Part shown: positions 37,934-48,874 of the stretch, in pieces | Layout: each line of letters opens with the position of its first letter | How positions within the stretch are numbered: position 1 is the first letter of the stretch | Source: Hyphomicrobiales bacterium | GTDB lineage: Bacteria > Pseudomonadota > Alphaproteobacteria > Rhizobiales > WTKA01 | NCBI GenBank assembly: GCA_011524605.1 | Contig: WTKA01000037.1 | Location: forward strand, 1 to 58,521 | Length of the DNA stretch: 58,521 bases | Reading direction: 5' to 3' | Made by a program: the position numbers and the translations under genes | The notes under the pieces: generated by a model | Told to the model about the DNA's origin: nothing | The model's database searches: none | The model's input: the letters and a program-made list of their open reading frames with translations, nothing else

Positions 37934-38356
37934 ATGGTTTATGATAGACAAGACCATATCGATCATCTTTATGAAACTCACAGCCTCAATAAACAGATTG
38001 AAGGTAATGACTGGGCCATATTTATTTTGAATGAGGCTAGCCAATCTTTTATCCATCAGGCAGACCTTCCTACTCTTTTAACAGCTGTCACAGCCATTGA
38101 AGCAACATTGCGAAAAAGTCTCAATAAAACAGACTTAGCAACTTTGAAGACAATGATAGATGAATCAAGCCTAAACTTTGAGCTTAAAGATCGTCTTCAT
38201 ATGTTACGCAAATATCGTAATCAATGGGTACATCAAAAACAATTAGCTGAAAAGGCAGATATCACAACAGATATATATCAAATTGAGGTTGAACTGGAAG
38301 ATATGGCCTATTTTGCCTTAAAATGCGGCTATGAATGCGTTTATTGGCAAGAATAA
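37934..38356 (+). CDS. Hypothetical all-helical protein with HEPN-like R-N-x3-H motif
   Basis: 140-aa ORF in which LHMLRKYRNQWVH fits the HEPN R-[NHQD]-x3-H catalytic signature, preceded by an AIEATLRK helix. No recognisable partner gene. Confidence 0.45.
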   Translation: MVYDRQDHIDHLYETHSLNKQIEGNDWAIFILNEASQSFIHQADLPTLLTAVTAIEATLRKSLNKTDLATLKTMIDESSLNFELKDRLHMLRKYRNQWVHQKQLAEKADITTDIYQIEVELEDMAYFALKCGYECVYWQE

Positions 38357-39823
38357 TCACTTTGCCTGCCGTCTTGCTCTTACAATTAATATGACAATAG
38401 AAAAAACAAACACATATTCCAAACGAGCGACAATCATTAAGATTGCAGATAATAATATTGTAAATTCTGAATAAACAAGAAAAGGCTCAATATCACTTGA
38501 TTGTCCGCGCAACAAACCTGCATAGTCTAAGACGCCACCAGAATTTGACACAATTGCCGTTGCATTTAATAGGGCATATTCAAAATTTGCCCCCTCTAAT
38601 CCATAAATACAAATAAGTAGGATTAGTAAAATAATAAGACTTGTTACAATCATCCAAATACGGCGCATTCTTTGAAGCTCATACCCTTCTTGTGATTGTT
38701 TTTTAAGCGCCAAATTGGGGTAGATCATGGATAGCAAATCATTCAAAATTTGTTTTTTTAAAAATAATAATCGCGATAATTTAATCCCGCCTGAAGTAGA
38801 TATACTAATCCCCCCAATTAAGGAGAGCATGATAACGAGCGGAATAGAAATAAGATGATCTTTATCACCAAAAGAGACATAACCTGTTGAAATAGCTAAA
38901 AATATATCACTTATCATTTTTAAAAAATAATTCAGAAAAGAAATCTCATTATCTACTTTAAAGAATGACATAAAAAAGACGATAACAAAGATTGAGATAA
39001 TGATAGAGCCTATCAACTTTTGTTCTTCTCTAATATTATCTTTACGGTTAGAAGAAAGTGTTATGACCATAATCCATAACATGCCACTGATCGATATTAA
39101 CATCACTAAGCTACTAAAAAACTGAAAAGCATATTTTGAAATATTAAAATCTGGCGTATAATGCAAAAATAAAGAGCCCGTAGCAGGCAGAACAAAAGCA
39201 CTTCTAATACCAATAATGAAGTCAGTTGAAATGGTTGAAAAAATAAGAGCGACAGTAAGACTAAAAGCAAAATAAATAACAGCAAGGCGCATAGGAATTA
39301 CACTTGTTTCAATTCCTTCGCGGGGACGGCTATCTAAACGGCGGTTCAACCTTTTTTCAACAGACCGGTAACGGCGTGAATAGGACAAAACCCAGAAACT
39401 TATCAAGGTGAGATAGCCCCCAATCCATTGGCAATAATCATACCAAATTAAAAAACCCTCAGCATTAAACCGCCATGTAGTAGAAAGAGGAATACCAGTT
39501 GTTGTTAATGCATTAGTCGAAATAAAAAAGCTTCTGATACCGCTTTCATCTAACATGAAAAAGATGGGAATTGCCATGGTCACGCAAAGCATGAGCCAAA
39601 CTGAAACAATGAATAAAACGGGGCTTACGCGCAAGATGCGTATAAGGAAATCAGAGAAGGCAAAATAATAAAAGAGGCTAAGTGCGACTAATAAAATTGA
39701 ACAAAAAAATAAAACAGGAACTTGCCCCGCTGTGTTACTCGCATACATAACAATTGCAATAATACATAAAGCAGCGGCTGAAAGGTTGATTAAAAAAAAG
39801 GGGAGCTTTCTTAGTGTAACCAC
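38357..39823 (-). CDS. trkH: TrkH-family potassium uptake membrane protein (divergent)
   Basis: 488-aa polytopic ORF with pore-loop-like motifs (NALTTTG, SISTSGGIK, VSNSGG). It sits directly downstream of trkA. Confidence 0.6.
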   Translation of the reverse strand: MVTLRKLPFFLINLSAAALCIIAIVMYASNTAGQVPVLFFCSILLVALSLFYYFAFSDFLIRILRVSPVLFIVSVWLMLCVTMAIPIFFMLDESGIRSFFISTNALTTTGIPLSTTWRFNAEGFLIWYDYCQWIGGYLTLISFWVLSYSRRYRSVEKRLNRRLDSRPREGIETSVIPMRLAVIYFAFSLTVALIFSTISTDFIIGIRSAFVLPATGSLFLHYTPDFNISKYAFQFFSSLVMLISISGMLWIMVITLSSNRKDNIREEQKLIGSIIISIFVIVFFMSFFKVDNEISFLNYFLKMISDIFLAISTGYVSFGDKDHLISIPLVIMLSLIGGISISTSGGIKLSRLLFLKKQILNDLLSMIYPNLALKKQSQEGYELQRMRRIWMIVTSLIILLILLICIYGLEGANFEYALLNATAIVSNSGGVLDYAGLLRGQSSDIEPFLVYSEFTILLSAILMIVARLEYVFVFSIVILIVRARRQAK

Positions 39824-39886
39824 AGTCTTTTCCCTGAGAATGATAGGTCTTTGTTATCAGAAAAATCCATCAAAAATTGCCTAAGC

Positions 39887-41263
39887 CTAAAAATAATCAA
39901 TGCCCACTCTAAACATTTTTTCAGCAGCTTCCAACTTTTCAATTTCATAGAACATGATCACTCTGTCCCCCGCTTTAATAATAAAATCTCCTGTTGGTTT
40001 GATTATACTACTATCACGAATAATTGCGCCAATTCTTATGCCTTCCATATCCTGAAGCGCCCTTAGCTTTTTGCCAATCATCGGTGTGGTAGGCAAAACC
40101 TCAGCTTCTATAATTTCTCCCAAACCATTTTGGAAACTATGGACAGATCGAATACGGCCACGTCTGACATGCTTTAAAACACGGGAAACAGTAACACTTC
40201 TAGGATTAACGAATGTATCAATTTTCAACTCATCCACAAGATCATGATAGCCAGGGTTATTCACTAAGCACATAGTGCGCGTGGCGCCGCTTTTTTTTGC
40301 TAAAACTGCTGATAAGAGATTAGTCTGATCATCATTTGTCAAAGAAATAAATACATCTACGGCTTTAATATTCGCTTCTTGCAAGATTTCTGGCGAACGA
40401 GAATCGCCTTCTATGACAACACTTCGTTGCAATTCACTCGCTGCTTTTAGGGCAATATTGCGATCGCGCTCAAGTATTTTAATTTTAGCGCTTGGACGTC
40501 TTATTTCCAATTCAGAAGCAAGATAACGACCGATATTGCCGCCGCCTGCAATGACAATACGAGACCCCTCTTCTTCATCATGCCCAAAAATACTAAGCGT
40601 ACGTGTCACATGTTCATTATTACACACAACATAGGCAATATCGCCTTCTAGTAACGAATCTGTACTATGGGGAATGAAAAGATGATCCCCTCGGTTAATC
40701 CCCACGACAATGGCAGTTAGGTCAGGAAATAGAGTATCTAACTGCCTCAAAGGCGTGTCAATAACTGGGCATTCTTCATCGCAAATAATGGCCATAGCAG
40801 CAATTTTTTCATCTGCAAATAACGCAAATTCATTCGCTCCAGGCAACATAAGACGGCGCATAATTTCCTCACCAACTTCAAGCTCAGGTGAGATAATTAC
40901 GTCAATTGGCAAATTATCTCTCGAGAAAAGCTGTTGCCATTGTTGATCAAGGTAAGATCTAGCGCGAATGCGCGCTAAGCGCGTTGGAATCTCAAATAAA
41001 GAATGGCCAATTTGACAAGCCATCATATTTACTTCATCAGATAGGGTAACTGCAATTAATAAATCTGCATTTTCGGCTCCTGCTCGTTCCAAAATATCTG
41101 GGTGGGAGCCAAAGCCGACAATACCATTAACATCATATAGCTCTGAAATTGCTTCTACTAGAGCGGGTTGGGTATCAATAACAGTGATATTATGCCCTTC
41201 AAGAGCCAATTTTTCAGTAATGCCAAGCCCAACTTGCCCAGCACCACAAATGATAATATCCAT
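39887..41263 (-). CDS. trkA: Trk system potassium uptake protein TrkA
   Basis: 458-aa ORF with two NAD-binding RCK-N domains (IICGAGQVG, IAGGGNIG), each followed by an RCK-C domain. Confidence 0.9.
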   Translation of the reverse strand: MDIIICGAGQVGLGITEKLALEGHNITVIDTQPALVEAISELYDVNGIVGFGSHPDILERAGAENADLLIAVTLSDEVNMMACQIGHSLFEIPTRLARIRARSYLDQQWQQLFSRDNLPIDVIISPELEVGEEIMRRLMLPGANEFALFADEKIAAMAIICDEECPVIDTPLRQLDTLFPDLTAIVVGINRGDHLFIPHSTDSLLEGDIAYVVCNNEHVTRTLSIFGHDEEEGSRIVIAGGGNIGRYLASELEIRRPSAKIKILERDRNIALKAASELQRSVVIEGDSRSPEILQEANIKAVDVFISLTNDDQTNLLSAVLAKKSGATRTMCLVNNPGYHDLVDELKIDTFVNPRSVTVSRVLKHVRRGRIRSVHSFQNGLGEIIEAEVLPTTPMIGKKLRALQDMEGIRIGAIIRDSSIIKPTGDFIIKAGDRVIMFYEIEKLEAAEKMFRVGIDYF

Positions 41264-41353
41264 ATGATGATATACCTATTTAATTCTTTCATAAACATGT
41301 AGCAGTTGTTGCGCTAACTTTCAACATAATGCGCATTATAGTATAGAGCAATA

Positions 41354-42718
41354 TTAATTGCTAATACCAAGGCTTTTCAACTTTCTATGCAAGGCGGAGC
41401 GTTCCATACCAACAAATTCAGCCGTTTTAGATATATTACCACTAAATCGAGAGATTTGTGCTTTGAGATAATCGCGTTCAAAAGATTCACGCGCCTCACG
41501 TAAAGGCAAGGACAAGATTAAAGAAGCACTACCCCCCGATGCTGAGATTTGAGAACTGCCAGCTGTTTCTTGTTTAAGCATATCAAGGGTTATTTCGCTG
41601 CTATCACTTGCTAGGATTAAAAGTCGCTCAATCGTATTTCTTAATTGCCTCACATTGCCAGGCCATTGCTCTGCTTGCAGGGCTAAAACAAGCTCATTGC
41701 TTAGCGCTTTGGGTGCCATACCTGTTGCTTGTGAAATTTGATAAATGAAATGCTCTGCTAAAATTGGCAAATCATCCATACGGTTGATAAGGCTTGGCAC
41801 TTGCACAGGCACTACGCTAATTCGATGATAAAGATCGCTTCTAAATGAACCGTCTTTGATCATATTCTCTAAATTTCTACTTGAAGAGGATATAATTCTA
41901 ACGTCAACCTCTACAGCTGAAGTCCCTCCAACTCGTGTAAAACGCTGTTCGGTTAATACACGCAATATTTTTGATTGCGTTCCAAGGGGCATATCTGAAA
42001 TTTCATCAAGATATAATGTACCCCCATGGGCAGCTTCTAATGTACCTGTAACCTGCTGATGCGTAATGTCTTTTTCCCGCCCAAATAAAGCTAATTCCAT
42101 TTTATCAGGTGTAATTGCGGAGGCATTTATTGTTACAAAGGGGGCTTTTGCACGCGTTGAATTTTTATGAACCCAACGGGCAGCGAGCTCTTTGCCAGTA
42201 CCCGCGGCTCCTGAAATAAGAATCCGCGCATTTGTAGGGGCTATTTTCTGCAATTGCTGCTTAAAAAGAGTGAAGGAATTAGAAATGCCAAGCATTTCAT
42301 GGGCTTGGTCATCTCGCTTTTTGAGATCAGAAACTTCTCTTTTTAAAGAATTATTTTCTAATGCACGTTCTGCAACCAATAATAAACGGTCAATTTTAAA
42401 CGGCTTTTCAATATAATCATAGGCGCCATTTTTTACAGCCGTAACCGCTGTTTCAATATTACCATGCCCTGAAATCATCACAACAGGCAAGCTACTATGG
42501 ATTTGAGTGATTTCTTTGAGAAGTTCAAGACCGTCAAGTCGGCTGCCTTGCATCCAAATATCTAGAAAAATCATTGAGGGTAGTCTTTTTGATATTTGCT
42601 CTAAAGCACTATCAGCATCATGAGCTAGACGCGTACTATATCCCTCGTCACTCAATAAGCCTGAAATTAGCTCTCGAATATCTTCTTCATCATCAATAAT
42701 TAATATATCTGCAGACAT
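41354..42718 (-). CDS. ntrX: Response regulator NtrX (receiver + AAA+ + HTH, no GAFTGA)
   Basis: 454-aa ORF with a receiver domain (ILIIDDEEDIR...FLDIWM), Walker A GAAGTGKE and a C-terminal HTH. The GAFTGA loop is absent, as in NtrX. It is downstream of ntrY. Confidence 0.85.
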   Translation of the reverse strand: MSADILIIDDEEDIRELISGLLSDEGYSTRLAHDADSALEQISKRLPSMIFLDIWMQGSRLDGLELLKEITQIHSSLPVVMISGHGNIETAVTAVKNGAYDYIEKPFKIDRLLLVAERALENNSLKREVSDLKKRDDQAHEMLGISNSFTLFKQQLQKIAPTNARILISGAAGTGKELAARWVHKNSTRAKAPFVTINASAITPDKMELALFGREKDITHQQVTGTLEAAHGGTLYLDEISDMPLGTQSKILRVLTEQRFTRVGGTSAVEVDVRIISSSSRNLENMIKDGSFRSDLYHRISVVPVQVPSLINRMDDLPILAEHFIYQISQATGMAPKALSNELVLALQAEQWPGNVRQLRNTIERLLILASDSSEITLDMLKQETAGSSQISASGGSASLILSLPLREARESFERDYLKAQISRFSGNISKTAEFVGMERSALHRKLKSLGISN

Positions 42719-42776
42719 GTGCTCTTTCGTTTTTTACCTTGCCTCTTAAGAGGTCTTAAAATATTTAAAATAATAT

Positions 42777-45011
42777 TTACATCTCAACACTAACGCTACT
42801 AATTTCTGGGAATAGCAGTTTTACGCAAGCACCATTTGGCTTTGACCCTATAGCAGCATCTAACAATTCAATACTACCCTCATGGTCTTCCATTATTCTA
42901 GATACAATTGCAAGTCCTAATCCAGATCCCTTATCACGTGTTGTTACGTAAGGTTCTAATAGTTGATTGCGGTTTTCTGCAGGCCAACCAATGCCAGAGT
43001 CTATAATCTCTATTGCACGTCGACCGTCAGCTTGTTCTTGTAATCGCACCAAAAGCTGTGCCTCTTCGGTGCCTAATTCCTTATTGCGCTCAATTGCTTC
43101 AAAACCATTTTTCACCAAATTAATAATCATTTGAGAAAAGAGCTGTTCATCAAGCCTTGCATTGAGCACTATATCTGGAATTTCTATATCAAACTTAATG
43201 TGTTCAGGCTTTCCAAGCTCTTGCAAGTCTAAAACCTCTCTTAAAACAACAGATATATCCCTAACTTCAAGCTGTGCTTTTGGCATACGAGCAAATGAAG
43301 AAAACTCATCAACCATTTGCTGTAAATCACCGACTTGGCGAATAATTGTTTTTGTACATTGGTCAAATACAGTATCATCTTCTGGTACAAGCTTTCTGTA
43401 GCGGCGAGATAATCTTTCAGTGGCCAATTGTATCGGTGTGAGGGGGTTTTTAATTTCATGCGCTATTCTTCTTGCCACATCTCCCCATGCGGAACGTTTT
43501 TGTGCTTGCATCAAATCAGTTATATCATCAAAAGTGACGATATATTCTCCAGAGCGGCTGCCTCTTGCCCCCAAAATTTGAAATCTAATTCTAAAATGCC
43601 GGTCTTCACCTTTCACAAGCACAGGAATACTCAATGTTTGCTGTCTTGTATGCCCCTTTTTAGGTAAGCTCTCTTCAATTTCAGGTATAATATCACTAAC
43701 GCTCATGCCAATAAGTGTTTTTTTTGCTGAAATTCTTAAGTTTTTATGAGCCATTTCATTAGCTAGGATAATTTTACCATGACTATTACAGCCTAAAACG
43801 CCTGAACTTACCCCAGATAGGACGGCTTCTGTAAATTGTCTTCTCTTATTTAACAGAACTGTATTTTGTAAGAGCTGATTTTGCTGATCTCGTATTTCTA
43901 AACTCATCGTATTAAATGTATCTGCTAAAAGCGACATATCATCTTCATGGGCATCAACCTCTACCTGTGCACCAAGCTCTCCATCTTTAATGCGAGAAGC
44001 TGCCCTGATAAGCTTATGGATTGGAAATACGATGCGCCCTGTTAAGGATAGCCCCAGCCAAACAGCTGAGAAAAGAACCATAAGTACAAGAAGAGAATAC
44101 ATTAAAAAAAATGCAAATTGCTGGAAACGAGAATCCTGCTTAATATTTTTAAATGCATTCAAATCACCATCGACCTGATTAAATAAAGCGCGCGCTTTTG
44201 GATTGAGCCTCCTAGTAATCAAAACAACACGATTTTGATTCAAAGATAAAGGTATCAAGGCGCCATATTGACCTTGCGCATCAGCGGTTAGAATAACGAC
44301 TTGATTATTTTCCAAGGCTTGATTAAGCGCAACAACAGGGGGAGGTCTAAATAAACTGCTATTGTCTGTAGAGGATAAATATAGCGCATTTCCATCATTA
44401 TCAGTGATGGCAACTGAAGAAAGTGCTCTAATATTAGCTTGTTCGCTTATAAATTGATTGATTTGAGTGTCATTTCGTTCTTCACGATTTAAAAAAAATC
44501 TAAGTGATGCCGTTAATCCCACAAGTTCTGCTCTTAAGGCAGAATTTTGTGTAGAAATATATTCTATAGCAATGCTCTCAATAGAGGCAGACAAGCGATC
44601 TGCACGCGCACTATAAATTTGACGCGGCCCTTCATTCAATACAATCAACGAGAAGGCAGAAACAATGATTACAGGCACAACAGAAACAAGTGTAAAAAGA
44701 CTGATGATACGCAAATAAAGATTAGTGGCAGCTTGACGCTCTCGCCTTGCTTTTACTAATCGAAAAATTTGCAGACTAATCAGAAGGCCTAAGACAAAAA
44801 TAGCAACTAAATTCGCATAGATCGAATATTGTAAGATGATCGTATTATTGCTAAATCGAGACCCCAGTAAAAAGACAAATAAAAATGACGATACCCCAAT
44901 AAATAGAGAGATCATAAATATGACAGATGAAAATCTTGAAGGCCTGATTTGTCGATCAGCCTTTTCAATTTTCTCGCTTAAAGCAGCCTGTTTTTTAGGA
45001 CTCAGGGACAA
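42777..45011 (-). CDS. ntrY: Sensor histidine kinase NtrY
   Basis: 744-aa ORF with N-terminal TM segments, HAMP and PAS regions, the H-box RRIAHEIKNPLTPIQL and ATPase G-boxes (DSGIGW, GSGLGLAIV). Confidence 0.88.
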   Translation of the reverse strand: MSLSPKKQAALSEKIEKADRQIRPSRFSSVIFMISLFIGVSSFLFVFLLGSRFSNNTIILQYSIYANLVAIFVLGLLISLQIFRLVKARRERQAATNLYLRIISLFTLVSVVPVIIVSAFSLIVLNEGPRQIYSARADRLSASIESIAIEYISTQNSALRAELVGLTASLRFFLNREERNDTQINQFISEQANIRALSSVAITDNDGNALYLSSTDNSSLFRPPPVVALNQALENNQVVILTADAQGQYGALIPLSLNQNRVVLITRRLNPKARALFNQVDGDLNAFKNIKQDSRFQQFAFFLMYSLLVLMVLFSAVWLGLSLTGRIVFPIHKLIRAASRIKDGELGAQVEVDAHEDDMSLLADTFNTMSLEIRDQQNQLLQNTVLLNKRRQFTEAVLSGVSSGVLGCNSHGKIILANEMAHKNLRISAKKTLIGMSVSDIIPEIEESLPKKGHTRQQTLSIPVLVKGEDRHFRIRFQILGARGSRSGEYIVTFDDITDLMQAQKRSAWGDVARRIAHEIKNPLTPIQLATERLSRRYRKLVPEDDTVFDQCTKTIIRQVGDLQQMVDEFSSFARMPKAQLEVRDISVVLREVLDLQELGKPEHIKFDIEIPDIVLNARLDEQLFSQMIINLVKNGFEAIERNKELGTEEAQLLVRLQEQADGRRAIEIIDSGIGWPAENRNQLLEPYVTTRDKGSGLGLAIVSRIMEDHEGSIELLDAAIGSKPNGACVKLLFPEISSVSVEM

Positions 45012-45079
45012 AATAAATCCTCAATTAAAATAATTTCATTTTACAAAATTATGAAGCGCTTATCACAATGCGCTATCCA

Positions 45080-46528
45080 TTATATTTTTGTTGCTTTCAT
45101 CTCTATATCATGTTCACGAATTTTTTTTCGTAAAGTATTCCTATTAATACCTAAAAGAGAGGATGCTTTAATTTGGTTGCCTTTTGTTGCGGATAGAGCC
45201 GCGCTAATTAAAGGCCCTTCTACATCAAAAATAATCTTGTCATATAAACCATCAGGGGGTAATTCTCCCTCATATTGACCAAAATACCAAGCGAGATAAT
45301 TTTCTGCAGCACTTCTTAAATCAGAAACCTGATTACTCTGCAAAGAAATTTCGGTTTCGATATTCTCTTTTTTTATCTCTTGCAAAATCGTAAGACCAGA
45401 AATCTCTTCTTCTGAATGCAACGCAGCCATGCGACGTACTGTATTTTCTAATTCTCTAATATTGCCTGGCCATTCATAGCTTTGCATCTGCTCTATTGCT
45501 TCTTTAGAAAATTTCTTGATAGGCAGCCCTTCTTTATAGCATTGAGACAAAAAATGATCCACAAGGTCTGGAATATCTTCAAGGCGTGTTCTAAGCGGTG
45601 GGAGGTTGATAGGCACAACATTTAATCTGTAGAATAAATCTTCTCTAAACTGCCCCTTATCAATTCTCTTTTTCAAATCTTGGTGTGTCGCAGCAATAAT
45701 CCGTACATTTGCTTTAATAGGTGAACGACCACCAACGGTCGTATACTCTCCCTCTTGCAAAACACGTAATAATCTTGTTTGCGCATCAATTGGCATATCG
45801 CCAATTTCATCTAAAAAGAGCGTTCCCCCTTCGGCCTGTTCAAAGCGCCCTGCTGATCTTGCTTGAGCGCCAGTGAAAGCTCCTTTTTCATGGCCAAATA
45901 ATTCTGACTCAATGAGATCTTTTGGAATAGCTGCCATATTTAAAGCAACAAAAGGCCCGTTTTTCCTTTTGCCAAAATCATGAAGCGCTTTAGCAACAAG
46001 TTCTTTACCCGTACCACTCTCGCCGTAAATAATAACGGTCAACTCTGTATGCATCAGCTTTGCTAAAGTTCTATAGACATTCTGCATTGCCATAGACCGC
46101 CCAACGATAGGCAGCTGATCCTCTTCATCATTTTCGAGTTTTTTCTTTTCCTGCTTTTTCTTGCGCTCTAAAATAGCATTGCCGATAACAGATGTAAGTT
46201 CATTTATATCAAACGGCTTTGGTAAATATTCAAAGGCGCCAGCCTCAGAAGCGCGAATAGCAGTCATAACCGTATTTTCCGCACTCATCACAATGAAAGG
46301 TAGATTTGGCCGTGCTTCTCGAATTTTTGGTAATACGTTGAATATATTTTCATCAGGCAATACAACATCAGTCAGCAAGACATCACCTATGCCTTGCCCA
46401 ATCCAGTTCCACAAAGTAGCTATATGGCTTGTTGCTCTTACCGTATAGCCTGCTCTGGTTAGAGACTGATTTAAAACTGTGCGGATTGTTGTGTCATCTT
46501 CAACAATTAATACTACCGGTTCACTCAT
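45080..46528 (-). CDS. ntrC: Nitrogen regulation protein NtrC (sigma54-dependent response regulator)
   Basis: 482-aa ORF with a receiver domain, Walker A GESGTGKE, an intact GAFTGA loop and a C-terminal Fis-type HTH. Confidence 0.9.
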   Translation of the reverse strand: MSEPVVLIVEDDTTIRTVLNQSLTRAGYTVRATSHIATLWNWIGQGIGDVLLTDVVLPDENIFNVLPKIREARPNLPFIVMSAENTVMTAIRASEAGAFEYLPKPFDINELTSVIGNAILERKKKQEKKKLENDEEDQLPIVGRSMAMQNVYRTLAKLMHTELTVIIYGESGTGKELVAKALHDFGKRKNGPFVALNMAAIPKDLIESELFGHEKGAFTGAQARSAGRFEQAEGGTLFLDEIGDMPIDAQTRLLRVLQEGEYTTVGGRSPIKANVRIIAATHQDLKKRIDKGQFREDLFYRLNVVPINLPPLRTRLEDIPDLVDHFLSQCYKEGLPIKKFSKEAIEQMQSYEWPGNIRELENTVRRMAALHSEEEISGLTILQEIKKENIETEISLQSNQVSDLRSAAENYLAWYFGQYEGELPPDGLYDKIIFDVEGPLISAALSATKGNQIKASSLLGINRNTLRKKIREHDIEMKATKI

Positions 46529-46572
46529 ATATCTATCTCATCTTAAAATAATTTTTCTAGGCCTCAGCAATA

Positions 46573-47670
46573 TTATTTATTCTTATACATTGGCATTAAA
46601 ACAGAAAATTTCGTATAGTTATCATCTCTTTGGCACTCAATAATGCCACCATGATCATCAATAATTTTAGCTACAAGAGCCAGTCCAAGCCCTGTTCCAT
46701 TTTGTTTAGTTGTCATGAAAGGATCAAATAAAGTTTCTTTAATGGCTTCTGAAAACCCTGAACCATTATCCTTTATTGTTATTTCTAAAGGCAAAGAAAC
46801 ACGCTCATTACTAGCAGGCATTAGAAATTTTATCCCTGGCCTAAAAGCAGTAATGACCTCTATTTGCCCATCCTCACGATTATCATCAATGGCTTCTGAT
46901 GCGTTTTTTATCAAATTCATAAAAACTTGTATAAGTTGATCCATATCCCCAACCATGTCAGGTAGCGAGGGGTCATAGATTTCTTTAAACGTAACATGAG
47001 CGCCAAAGCCAAGCTTTGCGCTATTCACAACACGGTTTAGCACTGCATATATATTAACTGCATCTTGCTTGAGTGGCTTTTGATCATTAAAAACCTGCAT
47101 TCGATCAACAAGTCCAACAATGCGATCTGCTTCATCTTTAATCATATAGGTGAGTGCTTTATCCTCTGAAGATACAGAATCTTCTAAGAGTTGCGCAGCG
47201 CCCCTTATACCAAAAAGAGGGTTTTTTATTTCATGGGCTAATATGCTCGCCATACTCATGACAGAGCGTGCGGCTCCCCTATGATGAAAATGACGGTCAA
47301 TTTTGTCTGCAATTGTTCTTGGTTGAAGCATCATAACAATATCAGCTCCATGATCATCAATCACATCAACAAATATATCTGTTGCTACGGATGTATTTAG
47401 CCGAGGCGAGCGTATCTCAACCTGATGTTCATATATGGGAGAAGATGTCTTACGAACAAGGGAGATTAGATCCATTATAGGACTATCAAAATCAACCAGA
47501 TCGCTTAATGCATGCTTTATTATTAAGGCGCGACCAATTTCAAAAAAAGTTTCAGCAGCCGTGTTTAAATATACAAGCTTGTTATCGCTATCCAAACAAA
47601 CGACAGGACGTGGCAAAATATCTAAAATAGAATTTGATAAGCTTTTATCCGTTATTTCTAAAGTACCCAT
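46573..47670 (-). CDS. ntrB: Nitrogen regulation sensor kinase NtrB
   Basis: 365-aa cytoplasmic PAS + HisKA (LAHEIKNPL) + HATPase (DNGSGF, GTGLGLALV) protein, immediately upstream of ntrC. Confidence 0.88.
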   Translation of the reverse strand: MGTLEITDKSLSNSILDILPRPVVCLDSDNKLVYLNTAAETFFEIGRALIIKHALSDLVDFDSPIMDLISLVRKTSSPIYEHQVEIRSPRLNTSVATDIFVDVIDDHGADIVMMLQPRTIADKIDRHFHHRGAARSVMSMASILAHEIKNPLFGIRGAAQLLEDSVSSEDKALTYMIKDEADRIVGLVDRMQVFNDQKPLKQDAVNIYAVLNRVVNSAKLGFGAHVTFKEIYDPSLPDMVGDMDQLIQVFMNLIKNASEAIDDNREDGQIEVITAFRPGIKFLMPASNERVSLPLEITIKDNGSGFSEAIKETLFDPFMTTKQNGTGLGLALVAKIIDDHGGIIECQRDDNYTKFSVLMPMYKNK

Positions 47671-47686
47671 GATATTTCTTCTTACT

Positions 47687-48691
47687 TTATGCGGCTAATT
47701 TTAAATTTTCTAAAGAGAAAATCTCTGAGATATAGAGCCTCACTTTTTGAGGATCATTCTCGCTAAGCAATTTCTTTCGATAGATTGTAAGAGCATTTTC
47801 ATTTTTCATATAATATGTTTCTAAAAACCAGCCTAAATGCTTTCGCGCATTTCTCACCCCTAGATTAACCCCATAAAATTCCAGCATATCTTCATAATGA
47901 CAAAGTATAAATTCTGCTGGCTCATATTGTTGATAATCATTTGATATATCGTTAAGATCGTTTTGTATTTGCTTGACAATCCAAGGCTTACCGCAAGCGC
48001 CGCGACCAATCATAACACCATCGGCACCTGATTGCTTTAAAGCTGCCTTTGCATCTTCAAGAGATAATATATCTCCGTTAACAAGGGCAGGTAATGGAGT
48101 TGATTTTGTCACCTTTTTGACCTTTTCCCAATCTGCCTGCCCTTTGTAAAATTGGCATCGTGTACGACCATGAATAGTGAGCCATGCAATGCCTTCATTA
48201 TAAGCAATTTTTGCTAATTCATCAGCGTTTAAAGAGTTATCATCCCAGCCAAGTCTCATTTTCAAAGATACAGGCTTATCAGCGCCTTTAACAATGGCTT
48301 TGATAATCTCTTGAGCGAGTGGCAAATCACGCATTAAAGCGGAACCAGAAGCCCCTGCTGTTACTTGTTTTGCAGGGCAACCCATATTAATATCAATAAC
48401 ATCTGCTCCATTTGCACAAGCTAGCCGTGCGCCCTCTCCCATCCAGTAAGGCTCCCGTCCCGCCAGCTGAACGATATGCGGTGTGATGCCTGCTGATAAA
48501 GCGCGCTGAACACAATCCTTCCGTTCTTTGAGATATTCCGAGCTTGCAACCATTTCTGAAACAACATAATCGACACCAAAATATGCAGCGAGCTTTCTAA
48601 ATGGCACGTCAGTAATGCCCGATAAAGGCGCCAAAAAGACGGGTGTTGAAACTGAGATTGGAAATGGAAATTTTGCCATATTTTTGAACAA
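47687..48691 (-). CDS. dusB: tRNA-dihydrouridine synthase B (NifR3 family)
   Basis: 334-aa ORF with the DINMGCPAKQV FMN/catalytic-Cys motif. It holds the conserved position as first gene of the dusB-ntrBC operon. Confidence 0.9.
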   Translation of the reverse strand: MFKNMAKFPFPISVSTPVFLAPLSGITDVPFRKLAAYFGVDYVVSEMVASSEYLKERKDCVQRALSAGITPHIVQLAGREPYWMGEGARLACANGADVIDINMGCPAKQVTAGASGSALMRDLPLAQEIIKAIVKGADKPVSLKMRLGWDDNSLNADELAKIAYNEGIAWLTIHGRTRCQFYKGQADWEKVKKVTKSTPLPALVNGDILSLEDAKAALKQSGADGVMIGRGACGKPWIVKQIQNDLNDISNDYQQYEPAEFILCHYEDMLEFYGVNLGVRNARKHLGWFLETYYMKNENALTIYRKKLLSENDPQKVRLYISEIFSLENLKLAA

Positions 48692-48852
48692 TATGTCCTA
48701 ATTACATACAAGTTGCATAAAAAACTTATCACACAATAGTAGTGCACAAAAAAAAGTCAATTCATTTGACCGCAAAATCATCTTTCCTTGAATTTAATTT
48801 AAAAAACTATTTTTTTAAAGATAAATATATGTATATAAAATTAGGGTATAGT

Positions 48853-48866
48853 CTAGGCTCAGGATC
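48853..48866. repeat. Short copy of the CTAGGNTCAGGA motif
   Basis: CTAGGCTCAGGATC lies 8 nt upstream of the ispD ATG. It shares the same 12-14-nt core as the MITE ends. Confidence 0.4.
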
Positions 48867-48874
48867 AAATATAG

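Noticed and set aside
38354-38359. Zero-nucleotide spacer between convergent stop codons (HEPN-like ORF / trkH), considered as an insertion scar
   Set aside because: The same arrangement occurs at 22809-22814 (yaiI / M16 peptidase). It appears to be general genome compaction rather than a specific junction signature.
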